Assembly: GCA_964016885.1 (NCBI GenBank)
Contig: OZ024741.1
Span: 346,456,001-346,520,000 of the forward strand
Source: Eledone cirrhosa
Taxonomy: Eukaryota
Reading direction: 5' to 3'
Length of the DNA: 64,000 bases
Below are positions 12,159 through 28,345 of this stretch, piece by piece. How positions within the stretch are numbered: position 1 is the stretch's first letter; each line of letters begins with the position of its first letter. The notes beneath the pieces are model-generated. The model saw only the letters and a program-made list of their open reading frames with translations. It did no database searches and was not told where the DNA came from. The position numbers were made by a program, and so were the translations under genes.

Positions 12159-13589
12159 TACAAGAACTCTGTGATTGTGTGTTTGTCTGTAATTTAATGG
12201 GAAATACTTTGAAACGATGTTGCCCCTGAAATGGGAATACAAATGGAATAAAACAAGTTTCGCGTAAATCGGAGAACGGGTTCCTGAGATATGAGCTTTT
12301 CTGGGTAACAGAGAGAAAACGATAGAGAGAAAGAGATAGTGGTTGTGAGAGTGTAGATTGAAAGAGAGACATAAAGCGAGAGAGAGTGAGAATGAGAGAG
12401 AGAGTGAAATGGAGGAGAGGGAGAGGGAGAGGGAGATCATAATAGGTGAATTCAAAGAATCGAATACAGCATTACTGTATCTAGAAAAACTTTGGTGACT
12501 GAATATTAAGTCATATTTATCATATAATTTATAATAATTGAAAACCATTTAAAATTCCTCCCACGTGTTATGAATATTGAACGCAGAAACCCTGGGTACT
12601 TTCTTCGTAAGCGCTTTTGATATCACTGTCAGAAATACAGAAAGTCAGTGGTTGCACATTGGAGTATGCAAACAACAGAGTAATTGCTCTCAATATGAAA
12701 AATTGTTGAAATAATAAATAAATAAATCACGTAGCTGAACACATATTTGTGGTTTTATAAACAAATTGTGAAAAAATATTTCCTTCTTCTTACCATGAAT
12801 TCTATTTTACTGTCTAGCATATCTGCATGAAACCATCGAATTATATGCTGCACTCCTAAACACAATATCCTTCTATCTATAAGAACGAATTGTTGTCATT
12901 TGCAGCTTATATACAAGAGGTGAGTTGGGAAATGTTTCTTGAAGAGATAACTAGTAAGGAATAAATGTTGTTTATGCACACGCATGTCTTAAGTGAAAAA
13001 AATATTAACTCTTTGTGGAATACAAAACTCTTTACATTAAGCAAACAAAACTTTTGCCAAATTTGCTGAATGCTTATGTGGAGGAAATACTGCGGGGTAC
13101 TGAGAATCAATAAATATCTTCTGTAGCCTTTGGCAGAGAAACATTCTCGCTAAAATACGATACATCGCAAAGTAATTTCAAATGAATTTCGATAACCTGT
13201 AAACCGTACATTAAAATTAAAACAAAACAATTAAATTAGTCTCAAACAGTCACTCAGGATTTCTTTATATTTATCACGCAAGACTTTCGTAATAAAATCA
13301 CACATCAGTCAACTAGTATGTCAATATAGATAATTGAGGCATCGTGCCATTAGAAATAAAGAACATTCTAATAAAAGCTTTCTTTCAAATCATGAAAGAC
13401 AAACATTGAGGTACAGTGAGAGTTTCCTTAGTAAGCAATACCATAAAATCATCCAGTCTTATAACCACAATTGAAACAAATATAAAAGATTCCGAAATTG
13501 CCTTTCTTCCTCTCTAAACCATGCGCTATTCGAGTCATTGTTTAATATTAAACAGGAATATAATATTAAAATGCATTAAATGTTAATAT

Positions 13590-13900
13590 CCGAATTTATC
13601 CAAGATACTGGAAAGTGTCCAATACCTATTAGCAAATGTGAAAGCAATGCACTGTGCAATTGAATAATTATAGACCTATATCATTTATCTCGGACATCAG
13701 TTTAACAATTGAAAGAATATCCGTCCTGATTATTGTCAGATATATTAAACTAATGACCTCGTCAGTGGCTTTTGCCTTCGTAGATGCTACTCAAGGCATC
13801 TATTTCAACACAGTGATGTTATATTCGTACTATTTGTTTATAATTTACCATCAAACATTGCGGGAAATTTGATTATCAAATTCTTAGCCAGAAATGGACA
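13590..13900 (+). mobile_element. Highly decayed LINE RT remnant (CR1/L2-like)
   Basis: YPRYWK and NNYRPISFISDISLTIERI. Confidence 0.55.
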
Positions 13901-14271
13901 GATCATGTCATCTGCATATAATTGCTGGTGTTTACGATGATGACTCCCGAAATTCAATGACACTAAACGGTTGTATCTAGCAATAAGTTACTTATGTATA
14001 TTAGATTAATCCAAGTACTTCAATAACACTTTATTTTTCAGTTCCTAAATGGAATAAAGGCAAACTATCTCTCAGACGAATATTAATCAACCACCATCGA
14101 CACCATCATCATCAAAACATCGTCATCGTCATCAAAGTCATCATCATCACCATTGAAAGCATTATCATCACCATCATCATTTTCATGGCTGTCGTGCATG
14201 TACATTATATATGGTCTGTTACACCGAACACAATTCAGCAAAATAGATCGATGTTCACACACACACACACA

Positions 14272-14710
<439 letters not shown>

Positions 14711-15569
14711 CGTGTGTGTGTGTGTGAATGTGTAAGTGTGATATGTTGTCATAAAAACTGTAATATACAATCATTGATTATATATGTTACATTCATCTTG
14801 ATAAACCGAATCTGTGTATCGAGAAAATATATTAAGTCTAAGTATGAAAGGCGGGAAAACTGAAGAAGGCAAAGATGTGAAACCCTGAAAAAAAATAAAA
14901 AGAACTGGTATTGATTTTTTATTAGAAATAAAATTAAATTAAAACTATTTGACAACAAAGATAATACAGGAATAAATATTTAATGGTTTATACACAATTA
15001 ATAACATTGAACTGAAAGCCCTTAAAATAATAACAAGTTTCTTTTTGTATTATAAGAACAAAAATTTACTTCGTAATATATATTTATTTTGTATACCTTT
15101 TAAATGAACTTAAATTGTAGTCGTTGAATTTCCTATAATAGACATACTTACTAAATATTTCAAATAGTATTAAATATGGCGCATGATTCTATCTCTCCAC
15201 CATTTTCTCTATGTGGAGTATGGTTTCATTATTTGCTGCTCCGATTTGTTCGCTGTTTATGAGCATTCACACAAGAAAAATGTATAGTAATCGTCTAAGT
15301 GATTAGCATACATGGCGTAAAGTGTATCTTGCACTTCGAAAAATAGCCATATGTGGAACCACAGATACATATAGGCATGAATACGTACATAGGTCTCTAC
15401 TTACCTACTTAACTACATACATGCATTGGTACACACATACGTACATACATACATACATACATACATACATACATACATACATACATACATACATACATAC
15501 ATACATACATACATGCGGCCTGTCTACTTTTTGGATGAGTATGAGCATCACTGACATTTTGACTTGTAG

Positions 15570-15915
15570 CTGATTACTCCTACGAACGTTAGATTGAGTG
15601 ACCTTTGAAGGGTACGGTCTGGCATTGTCGTAATCAAATACAATGATCTTATGATTAGCAAACACTCGACCCTCCTGGTGGATCATTGGGTTTAATTTAT
15701 CCAGCTGTTCACATCCGAATTGATGGTCTATTTGTGGGAAGAAGATTGAATGCATACATTTCGCGCCTCATGATCCATATTTCCTCTGCTGTCACCATTC
15801 TCTTAAAACAGATTCGTTTTCCTTTTGTTTTCTGGAACGAATCGCAAATGGAAAATCATTCCTTAGCATGCCATGATGAAATCCTATATTCACTTCAGCT
15901 TTTGGCTTTATTTTT
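15570..15915 (-). mobile_element. Mariner transposase remnant
   Basis: FKRMVTAEEIWI (cf. VTGDEKW) and IVFDYDNARPY. Confidence 0.75.
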
Positions 15916-16956
15916 AATTTAACATTTATGTTTGCATTTTCATTTGTCTGACCATTACCTCAAGCGCCAGGTTTCTATTTTATATATTTTGGATTTAATA
16001 GTTTTTAAAGATAGAACACAGGTTTGTTCAAATTTTGTATCACTTTATTCTTTACTAAGCCTATATTGTAATCCTACCATAAATAGTTTATAATCATTTC
16101 TATTTGGCATAATGCATTTACTCGTATTCGTTATAAATAGTATACTTGTGTTAGGAGATGTATGATTTATGTTTTACGACATAAGTAATTCTACTTTAAT
16201 ATTCCTTAAATTAATTTCTGGGTTCAACACTGACAACTATACACATAACATATACGAGTAACGCCTATGATATTGAAAACTATTGCATAACGTTGTTTAC
16301 ATTGTGCTGTACGACAATATTAAACAAATTTAGTCTCAAATTTAAAGCAGCATTTCTAATATGCTTATTAAAACATAATTTAAACATCATTTAAACATCA
16401 CCAAAGTTACATATAAAACCATAACAGGATGAGATAAATGAAGCATATTTTATTCGAATTGATATCAATACAACCGTATGAAATCCAACGCCACTATTCT
16501 TCTGATGATAAAGAAAAAATAAAACAAGTTTTAAAAAATGTACGCCATATTGGATATATTGAAAAATACCCAAGAAAATCACTGAAATATTGTAAAACTT
16601 TAGGAATACAAAGAAAATATAGAATATCTTGCAGCAAGCCTGGCTGATAGCCATAAATGTCGACTAGTTTCAAACATGGTACAGTGTCGGAATAAATACA
16701 CTTTATACATTTAGTTTCTCCAGTCTATATGTCTATGTTGAAAACTAGATAAAGAATGACGTTAGGTTCAATAATCTGATAGTGATGAACTAAGAATGAA
16801 TCTTGTACCGGTTCCCATGAAAGGTGTTTACACATTCCTATAAAAGTTATATCATTGAGTCTATTAAAAATGAAGTATTTGAATCACGTATATTAGCCCA
16901 TATAAACCTACAAATATATAGTAACACATATATATACAAACATATAAAACTACAAG

Positions 16957-17006
<50 letters not shown>

Positions 17007-17694
17007 ATGTGAGACATTTATATTTGTAAGTTTATATGGGCTACCAAACGTGCTTCAAATACTTTTTTTTCAATTCTCCTAAGGATATAACTGTCGCTAC
17101 ATAGACAACTACATCAGTATTGCAGCCCGTTGCTTTTATCGCTTATTTCCCCCTCCTATCACGATTTCATGTATAATATCTTAAGACACATTCACCCAAG
17201 TTTTTCATAATTATGTTAGAATCGACCCAATCAGCCACAACTATTTCTACATCTTCCTTTCATAAACCAAGCGACTCTTATTCCAACACTGATATCACCG
17301 CACATACCAAACACACCCTCCATCACTTCCATCCAATGGTTTCAACTCCTTCGTTATTTTCAGCTGTGTCTACTACATGGGGACTCAGTTCAAACACAGT
17401 GTCTAGCGCTCCATGCCATCTGCACCCAATCGGACCGTACTTATCATATTCCATCAAATCGCCAGTAGTACATCACTTTATCCCTGTCCTCGATCCACAG
17501 GCAATCATCACTTTTTTTCCTGACATGCCACTCTTTTCTTTACTCATCCAGTAAATGACCTTGCCAGACACCCGCCTCATCCATTTCTATCTCCCCGACT
17601 CTGTCATGTTATCTAATCCTCCCTTTGCATGATTTAAGTGCGTTAGCAATTTGCAGGACTTACTGTTGCACAGCTTCACACTCTCCGCGAGTTA

Positions 17695-18075
17695 TTCATG
17701 GTCAGCTCGCAAGAAGATGGATCGAGTTTGGCGCTCAAATCTTTCCAACCACACCATGATCAGACTCTTCCAAGTAACAATTCAACCAATCTTGCTATAT
17801 GGAAGTGAAACATGGACGCTTTCATCCAAACAACAAAAGCACCTTGATGGCACTTACACTCGCCTGCTTCAGCACATTCAGAACATAAGCTGGCGACATC
17901 TGCCTTTGAGTGAGATATATGCCGGTTTCCCACGCATATCTGTGTCGTTGTACGTAAGAGGAGAGTGAGATTTGCTGGCCACTGCCATCGTGCCACCTAC
18001 GAGGCTCTGTCCCTATTAGTGCTTTGGAAACCACAAGCAGTTACTAATAACAGGGGGCGCAAGCTCTCCTACCTA
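17695..18075 (+). mobile_element. RTE-clade LINE RT C-terminal fragment
   Basis: VWRSNLS...IRLFQVTIQPILLYGSETWTLS...LDGTYTRLL, then RFAGHCHR...LVLWKP...RGRKLSY. Confidence 0.85.
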
Positions 18076-18109
18076 TTGCTAAGGGCCACACTATATGATA
18101 TGTATATAT

Positions 18110-18612
18110 CTATACTCTCCTTACTATCCTTGCTTTCATATTTCTCCCTGCTCCCCTTTTCTCATTGTATTTGTATAAAAACAAGTACATAGGTACAAGA
18201 AAGGGAGAGTAAGGAGAAAAGGAGAGCAATGATAGAAATGAGAAAAGGAGAGGCAGGAGAGCTACGATAATAGGAGAGCAATGAGAGCAATGAGAAAAGG
18301 AGAGCAAGGACAGCAAGGACATCAAGGAGACCAAGGAGGGCTACGATTAGAAGAGAGCAAGGAGGGCAATGAGAAAAGGAGAGCAAGGATAGCAATAAGA
18401 AAAGGAGAGCAAGGAGCGCAAGGAGAAAAAAGGGGAGGCGCAAGGAAGAAGGGGGAAGGGGAGAAAGGGGAAGAGGAGGAAATAGACGAAGTGGAAGTCA
18501 GGGAATAGAGGGGCAAGGGGAGGAAGGGTTGAAATGGACGTAAGAGATGAAGGCCTAGAAGGGGAGGAAGCGGAGGATGGGGAAGAATTGGATGATGATG
18601 AGGAGAGGAGCA
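18110..18612. repeat. GA/CT-rich degenerate tandem repeat
   Basis: Recurrent gagaaaaggagagcaa(t/g)ga units, preceded by a short inverted CT-rich copy. Confidence 0.7.
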
Positions 18613-19320
18613 TACATATATCAGTATGTGGTTATATATACATATTAGAGTGGCCCTTATTTTTCAAACTTTCTAAACGTTTAGCTGCCACTTCCCTATC
18701 TTATTTCAATTAACATAAAACCAATTTTCGCAAAATTGTCGCTCAAGCTGATAACTACAAGGTGACTCTCATAGACCGTAACATTTTGAAGTTTTCGCAT
18801 GGAAAGTCATTTTTTCAGGGGCACAGAGCGCAGGTATACGGCAAACACCTATATTTTGCCGTCATCAAACACCTATATTTTGCCGCTTATACCCAACCAG
18901 CTTCTTAGACAACTGATCATATAAAAATACAAATTCCATCTAAAGTGACTTTACCTTTCTAGGCCTTCAAACTCACACTGAACTTGCCACTTTGCACTAG
19001 TTAAATTTGTGTATAGTCTTTAATGACTTTACTAATAATTTATACTCATACTCACACTTTAACACCGCCTCATTACATTGAGTCCACTAACCCTACTTAC
19101 GTTAACTCCCTTTAAATAATAAATAAAATTTCTTACTATGCCGGTAGCGGTCATTAGTTTGACAAGTAACATTACAACAACACCGGTAATTACATCCCTT
19201 AGCATACACACATCTTTCCACCATTTTTCTATACTTAACGTATATGTAATAAACATTCTGATGTTAAAGCATTATTCTACCCGTATAGGGTATTTAATTA
19301 AAAACTTTGCCTTAGTATCT

Positions 19321-19360
19321 GCCTCAGACGAGCCCCATTGGGCGAAACATATGTAAGAGC
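19321..19360 (+). ncRNA. Degenerate minimal hammerhead at the end of a solo PLE pLTR
   Basis: gcct-CAGACGA-gccc-catt-gggc-GAAA-catatg-TA-agagc, with a core U4 to A change. About 55 nt upstream of a (TA)n tract. Confidence 0.6.
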
Positions 19361-19410
19361 TTTATAAAGATATGTTTTAACGACTTGTAACTCTTTCATT
19401 AATCATTTTG

Positions 19411-19445
<35 letters not shown>

Positions 19446-19639
19446 TTGTGTGATTTGTTTTATATATCCCAAGGCAAGTTTATAATTCACTCATCCAGTT
19501 TTCATGAAGTCGTTAGAAATCAAGAATTAGGGTCAATATAATCGCCTCCGCCCCTCTTCATAAGGCAATATGGCCACCACCTGGAATATTACGAATAGTT
19601 ACACACACAATGTCACTACTTTGATGGTACAGATCTCTT

Positions 19640-20330
19640 CAAAATTTAAATCAAGATTTATTACAGATGTAACGAGAGAATTACTAAGCAGGAACACTTA
19701 AGGATTTATGGAATAAAATAACTGTAACTAATATAGCAAATGATGACTTCCTAGATGCCACATCACAATAACTGTAAATACAATTCATAACAAAAAATGA
19801 AAAACATACTTCGACACAAGATCAACACTTATTTCTATAGTTATGAAAATTGTCAGTAAATTAACATAGAAGAAGAGTTAGTTTCTTTGCTGATAAAGTT
19901 GCCCTCCATTAATCTATATACAACTACTATTAAGTAATGGAAATCAGGGCTTCGAGTAAAAACCTAAAATGTTCATCAAATTTTAACATAAAACGATTAC
20001 CCGCTATCATATTGCAATTAGGCTAGGTCTTTCATATAAACACAACCTAAAATGTAATATAGCCAGGAGCGTTTTAAATATCATCTTTCTAAGTTTTCCT
20101 ACAGAGAAGTAAGGCTTAACTGAAGAAAAAGTAAGGTTTTTTGTTACATGACTATTATACTAATAGTAGGCACTCACAGGCAACTAATAGATGCCCAACG
20201 GCATTCACAAGACCAACTCTCCGGGAGACAGTTTCTCTGTCAACAACTATCAGAGAACACCAGCTAATCTAAGTAGAACACTACATTACAAACAGTACCA
20301 AACAAACGACCATGAAGTAGTAATTAACAT
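19640..20330 (+). mobile_element. Highly decayed Hydra-like PLE remnant
   Basis: Scattered motifs DFLDAT and NLKCNIARSVLNII...FP, collinear with the intact ORF at 55319. Confidence 0.4.
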
Positions 20331-20631
20331 ACTGCTGTATTCTCTCTCTAAAGGTACTGTTACTGTACTATGTTACTACTGAGTAAAGTCAGTGTCTTAT
20401 ACTCATAAAATGTTTCATAAGTTTGTCTAAGTTGCTGTCCCACTATACATCATAGATAACGTCAAACAGTAATCAGGCCGATGAAAACCACCCAAGCTGT
20501 TATTGAGGCATGTTGTTCATGCGCAAAGTCTATGTACAGTGTAATAACGGTTGTATACTTTTAAATATATGCATTAAAATTTCTGATGTATATGTAAATT
20601 ATATTTTAGTCCATTGCATGTCCATCGCGCG

Positions 20632-20724
<93 letters not shown>

Positions 20725-20856
20725 ATTTCTCTCTCTCTCTCTCTCTCCCTTTCTCTCTCTCTATCTTTCTCGCTCTCTTTCTTTCTCTCTCTCTATGTAT
20801 ATATGTATATATATTTATATATGTATGTATATATATATACACATAGAGGGAGAAAG

Positions 20857-20920
<64 letters not shown>

Positions 20921-20922
<2 letters not shown>

Positions 20923-21528
20923 TGGCTGCCAACTCGTTTTCGAGTACGGCCACTACTTTATATCTATGTAGGAGAACTCCTACCGATGCGCTGAACGAGT
21001 GTGACTTTTTAGTCCAGCCAGCGACTTGAAAACTCTGATACAAACACTACACTTGTGACAATTATGGACACATAGTGCTGGGCCCATGGTACCATGTGTC
21101 GACAAGTGCAGAGAGATCTCCAGATATAAAGCAATGCCTGTGCCGTGAAGCTTTTATAGTGAGCAAAGGCACTGCACAAAGCCAGTCCCACTCTATTAAC
21201 CAAGATGATATTTACCAAAAAGAAGAACAAGTCAACACCATTGGATACCATCAGAGTTGCAGGTGTTATATCAGAGTTTTCCTTCTCCTAGAATTCTGCC
21301 TTGATAAAGGCTAAGGGGTCATCTCTCCCGGTGATTTTGGATGGCCATTGACTCTTAAGAGCTCCTTTGCCCTTTGACAGGTTTTGTTTTTAGTCCTGCA
21401 GGATATCCAAAGTCACCCTCCTCACCAAGAAACGTTGGTGGGGTTGCCAGTTTAGTCGCCAACGACCCGACCATGGGACAGGTTGTACTGGGATTCATGT
21501 AACCAGTAGCACCAACTGGTAACCTGAC
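20921..21528 (-). mobile_element. RTE-type 5' UTR fragment between TA tracts
   Basis: Reverse complement contains ttggcgactaaactggcaacccc and tctaggagaaggaaaactctga, the conserved RTE leader motif. Confidence 0.6.
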
Positions 21529-21585
21529 ATAATATATATATACATATATATATATATATATGTATATATATACACACAGAGGGAG

Positions 21586-21630
<45 letters not shown>

Positions 21631-21634
<4 letters not shown>

Positions 21635-21799
21635 AGAAAGTATGACCCCGACGCCAGAGCTCAAGCTGTTTCAACGCCTATTAACGGCTTGAGCTCTGCC
21701 GTCGGTGTCATACTTTCTCCTATTACCACCTCTACTACCCTAAATATTGAGTACTCTGATGCGTTATGGTCCATCTGGCTCCTTACCACAACTCCTTCG

Positions 21800-21801
<2 letters not shown>
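21631..21801. mobile_element. Mini fold-back element in (TA)n, copy 1 of 6
   Basis: Inverted arms about 21631-21670 / 21684-21722 plus a tail of about 80 nt. Homologous to 33104, 47470, 48686, 60198 and 62552. Confidence 0.75.
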
Positions 21802-21865
<64 letters not shown>

Positions 21866-21866
<1 letters not shown>

Positions 21867-22025
21867 TAGTAACACAATAGTTAGTTCACCATACCGAGAA
21901 CAATTGTTTCACCTTAGCGGCATTTGTTCTCGGTATTGTGAACTAACTGTTGTGTTACTACTTCTACCAAACTCGTCCCATGGACTGAGTGCTCTACCAC
22001 TACGGATATTACCTTCCAGTTTTCT
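21866..22025. repeat. Short fold-back with one-sided tail (probable truncated PLE end)
   Basis: gtagtaacacaatagttagttcaccataccgagaacaa / ttgttctcggtattgtgaactaactgttgtgttactac, adjoining (TA)n. Confidence 0.6.
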
Positions 22026-22028
22026 ACC

Positions 22029-23850
<1,822 letters not shown>

Positions 23851-23864
23851 TATATATATATATA

Positions 23865-24230
23865 TACGATATTAAATAAATGGAAACTATATTTATAAAA
23901 TCATATTTATTTCATTATATATATTTCAGGGATATCATATTAAAAATATGGTATGCCTTCATCAGACAAAATACAATATAAACAGTCTTATAAATAGATA
24001 GATTTGACATACCTTACACTTCAACTTCCATTTAAAAAGTTGATTTGGTAGTGAAAAATGTTAGGGACAGTTATAGAAAAAAGAAAAGAAAGAAAGAAAG
24101 AAAACGAAGAAAAAGAAGAAATGCATGCAACGAAAACCGAGAGCGATACATATAGAGAGATAGATAGAGAGAAAAAATTCATGTAAAGAAAAAACAGAGA
24201 GAGATAGATAGAGAGAGAAAAAACAGAGGG

Positions 24231-24273
<43 letters not shown>

Positions 24274-25857
24274 AGAGAGAGAGAGAAAAAATAGAGAGAG
24301 AGATATAGATAAAGATAGAGAGAGAGAAAAATAGGTAGTTGGGCACCAGTTGAATGACGTATCAATGATATATTTATTTATTTATTTATTTATTTAGTTA
24401 TAGTATTAAGGTAGAGAGAGATATATGTGGTTATGAGAGAAAACAGCCGTTACATAGAGAGAAAAGAAAAATATCCAGAGATAAACGAGGCAGATTTAAA
24501 ACATTATGTTTCATCAATCTAAAATATCAATTCGTATGAATTAGGTATTATAATGTAAATATCAGTATTCATGAATGAGACACATATTTTTTAAATATTT
24601 TTAAAATATTTTTTTAATATTTTTTAATATTTTTTAATATTTTTTATATTTTTTAATATTTTTAATATTTTTAATATTTTTATTGATAAATTGATATCTG
24701 TTGTCTATTCTATGCTTGAACGATAATCATGTAGAGTAAAGGCAAGAATATTATTCTTATAATTAATGTAGATTCTATATATATTTGTGTGTATGTACAC
24801 ATATATGTATACTGGAATTTTTATAGCACAATGAGAATGTTTTCATGTGAAATAAGAATTTGCAGAGTTGATCACGTAAATTCACATGGATGTCTATAGT
24901 GTCGAATCTGGGATAACCTTCTATTTTCTTTTCTTTTCTTTCTTTTTTCATGAAAGTGCATATATACTTATGTATTTCAATTTTTTTGAAGTTTTATCTC
25001 AGTTCTGATTATAAACCTAAGAATTTTAAACTAGACATATGATCATTATTTTTCACACATTATTGATACGTGTCTCATTCATGAATACTGATATTTACAT
25101 TATAATACCTAATTCATACGAATTGATATTTTAGATTGATGAAACATAATGTTTTAAATCTGCCTCGTTTATCTCTGGATATTTTTCTTTTCTCTCTATG
25201 TAACGGCTGTTTTCTCTCATAACCACATATATCTCTCTCTACCTTAATACTATAACTAAATAAATAAATAAATAAATAAATATATCATTGATACGTCATT
25301 CAACTGGTGCCCAACTACCTATTTTTCTCTCTCTCTATCTATATCTATATCTATCTCTCTCCATTTTTTCTCTCTCTCTCTCTTTTTTCTCTCTCTCTCT
25401 ATCTATCTCCCTCTGTTTTTTCTCTCTCTATCTATCTCTCTCTGTTTTTTCTTTACATGAATTTCTTCTCTCTATCTATCTCTCTATATCTATCGCTCTC
25501 GGTTTTCGTTGCATGCATTTCTTCTTTTTCTTCGTTTTCTTTCTTTCTTTCTTTTCTTTTTTCTATAACTGTCCCTAACATTTTTCACTACCAAATCAAC
25601 TTTTTAAATGGAAGTTGAAGTGTAAGGTATGTCAAATCTATCTATTTATACGACTGTTTATATTGTATTTTGTCTGATGAAGGTATACCATATTTTTAAT
25701 ATGATATCCCTGAAATATATATAATGAAATAAATATGATTTTATAAATATAGTTTCCATTTATTTAATATCGTAAATATACTCCAAATAGTTGTTGAGTG
25801 CTTTTATATCAGTTAAAAATATTTACTCGTTGTAACCCAACAATTTAAATAATACTT

Positions 25858-25860
<3 letters not shown>
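23865..25860. mobile_element. Non-coding PLE insertion with inverted arms of about 710 bp
   Basis: 23865-24583 is the reverse complement of 25070-25774, with a tail to 25860. HHR in both arms (23909-23972 minus, 25667-25730 plus). (TA)n flanks. Confidence 0.85.
25667..25730 (+). ncRNA. Type I hammerhead ribozyme
   Basis: attttgt-CTGATGA-aggtataccatattttta-atatgatatccct-GAAA-tatata-TA-atgaaat. Confidence 0.75.
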
Positions 25861-25931
<71 letters not shown>

Positions 25932-26149
25932 CATTTATATATATATATATATGTATATATACATACACACACACACACACACGCACACACATATATATAT
26001 ATATATAGAACATTTTAGTACAACATCAACGAAACTTTTGGTAGCAGCCAAGCCAACGAATGCAGTTTCGGTGTGCAGCTAAGCAATCAATGGAGAATAT
26101 TACCACAGAGTTATAACATTACGTTCAGACAGCTTTGCAAATCAAATAC

Positions 26150-26429
26150 AGTGACCGCTAGACGGGCCGCAGTGACCATAGCGACGAAAAAAAAACGAAC
26201 TCAGGAAAATTTTTTATATATATATAAAATCTGTTCGTGTCACTTTTGGAATGATCGCTACCAGACAACTAACACAAATCAGCAACGTCACTTCGTTTTT
26301 GTTTTTGTTTTTGACAGGTGGAAAACTTGAAATCCAGCTGTACATTTTTGCTAGTGTCTCGGTTCTTGTAAACGTGTCTATGTATAGGCTTGTTTGTTAT
26401 TTTGATTTTGTTTGAAAATGAGTGTAAGT
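26150..26429 (+). promoter_or_regulatory. Candidate host promoter and short first coding exon
   Basis: Locally CpG-richer unique DNA. RFX X-box-like gtgaccatagcgac at 26172-26185, cgtca at 26286-26290, possible acceptor at 26316-26317, and aaaATGAGT|gtaagt at 26418-26429. Confidence 0.35.
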
Positions 26430-26710
26430 CTTAGTTTTTTTCGTTCGTGTTTCTTTGTGAATATCTGTGGAGGAATGTGTGTAGATAATTTCATACATTC
26501 AGACTAGATTATTTAATGAGTCCGTATGGTAGTTTATTTGACAGACACGTCACTTAAGTCTCGAAGTATATCTTGTAAATAATAATTGATGTTTTTCACA
26601 AAAAAAATTGTGATTTAATTTTTTTTCCTGGGGAGCTAACTGTTTTCAATATTATAAACAAAAACCTAAGAACACATACACGCGGTATAGAAGCACACAC
26701 ACACACACAC

Positions 26711-26819
<109 letters not shown>

Positions 26820-26904
26820 CATACACACACATCTTCCAGTTCTCTACATGCATATATTCACAAACACAGAAACCCATACACGCACACACCTACATATATA
26901 TTCG

Positions 26905-26936
<32 letters not shown>

Positions 26937-27302
26937 CACACACACACATATATATATATATATTTATATTTATATTTATATGTTTATATATATACGTTTA
27001 TATGAATATGTGTGCGTGTGTGTATGTGGCTGGGTGTTTTTATATATATATATATATATATATATGAATGAATCGAATTAAATTCTTGTCAGGGTGACTT
27101 GTTTTAATTTGTATCGCGTCCACATCTGTCTATAAGGTGTTTATTCGGCCCTAGGCTTTATTTTTATCTTATAATCAGAAACATTTGTGTATTATTTTAA
27201 ATCGTGTTACAAATTTTTTGAGAAATTTTGCATTTCGTTTTTATATTATTGTTAAACCTATCAATAATAATATTACACAATATATATGTGTGTGTGTGTA
27301 GG

Positions 27303-27335
<33 letters not shown>

Positions 27336-27398
27336 GAAGGTGTTTGCGCCTATGTGTGTATTTATATATATGCAAGTATGTATCTATATATACATATA

Positions 27399-27478
<80 letters not shown>

Positions 27479-27482
<4 letters not shown>

Positions 27483-28040
27483 GGGTCAGTACTATACGAA
27501 CATGCTAGACAACAACATGACGGTAACATAGACAACATAGAAATTAGAATAATATCTAAACATAGGAATGACCCAGCAGATAGGCAAATCAGAGAGGCCA
27601 GTGAAATAGAAATTAGAAGACCAAAGCTAAACAGAAAGAATGAGTGGAACATCAACAACACCCAAACAAACAACACTGACCTAAGAGAAGTATAAATAAG
27701 TAAATAAAATTAAATAAAATAAGATAAATAAATACATACACAAGCACAATAACAACAAGCACATAAACACACACTAGTCACCCAGCAGACACAACACTAT
27801 ACACACTAGTCACACATCACACATAACACTATACACACACGCAAACGCATGCGCAAAGAAGACAAAAAAAAAATAAAAATAAAATAAGATAAACAAACAA
27901 GCAAATAAATAAATAAATATATAGACAGACTGAATAAAAAAAATGGCGTAGGCATACAACACAACAGGAGGAACAATGAATATAACACCACTGACGATGT
28001 TGCAGATGTGCAACGAAAGATTTATGTAAATTATGTAAAC
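27479..28040 (+). mobile_element. PLE 3' fragment (GIY-YIG C-terminus, possibly Nematis-like) with HHR-like motif
   Basis: [13 protein letters not shown]...RQIREASEIEIRRPKLNRKNEW. CTGACGA-t-gttgca-gatg-tgcaac-GAAA at 27991-28018. (TA)n flanks. Confidence 0.75.
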
Positions 28041-28345
28041 TATATATATATATATGTGTTTGTGTCTATATTGTATCTGTATTATTTTTGACCGCCGGTC
28101 AGTCAATGGCAACATTGAGGACCGTGTAAGTTAGATCGCAGATATAATAAAAGACAGCGAGAAGCGAAAACCAACCAAACAGTGAGTGTGTTCTGTTATT
28201 AATTCTGGCAATATTACCCAAATATGACCGTCCCCAAGTATATATATATATATATATATATGCAGAGGTTATATTTAATTTAAACAATTTTATAACTGAT
28301 ATAAAACACTCAACAAGTTAGTGGAGTAAATATACAATATATTAA

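Noticed and set aside
16438-16647. 69-aa ORF with faint transposase-like wording (QPYEIQRH)
   Set aside because: No catalytic motif or terminal repeat recognised; too weak to call.
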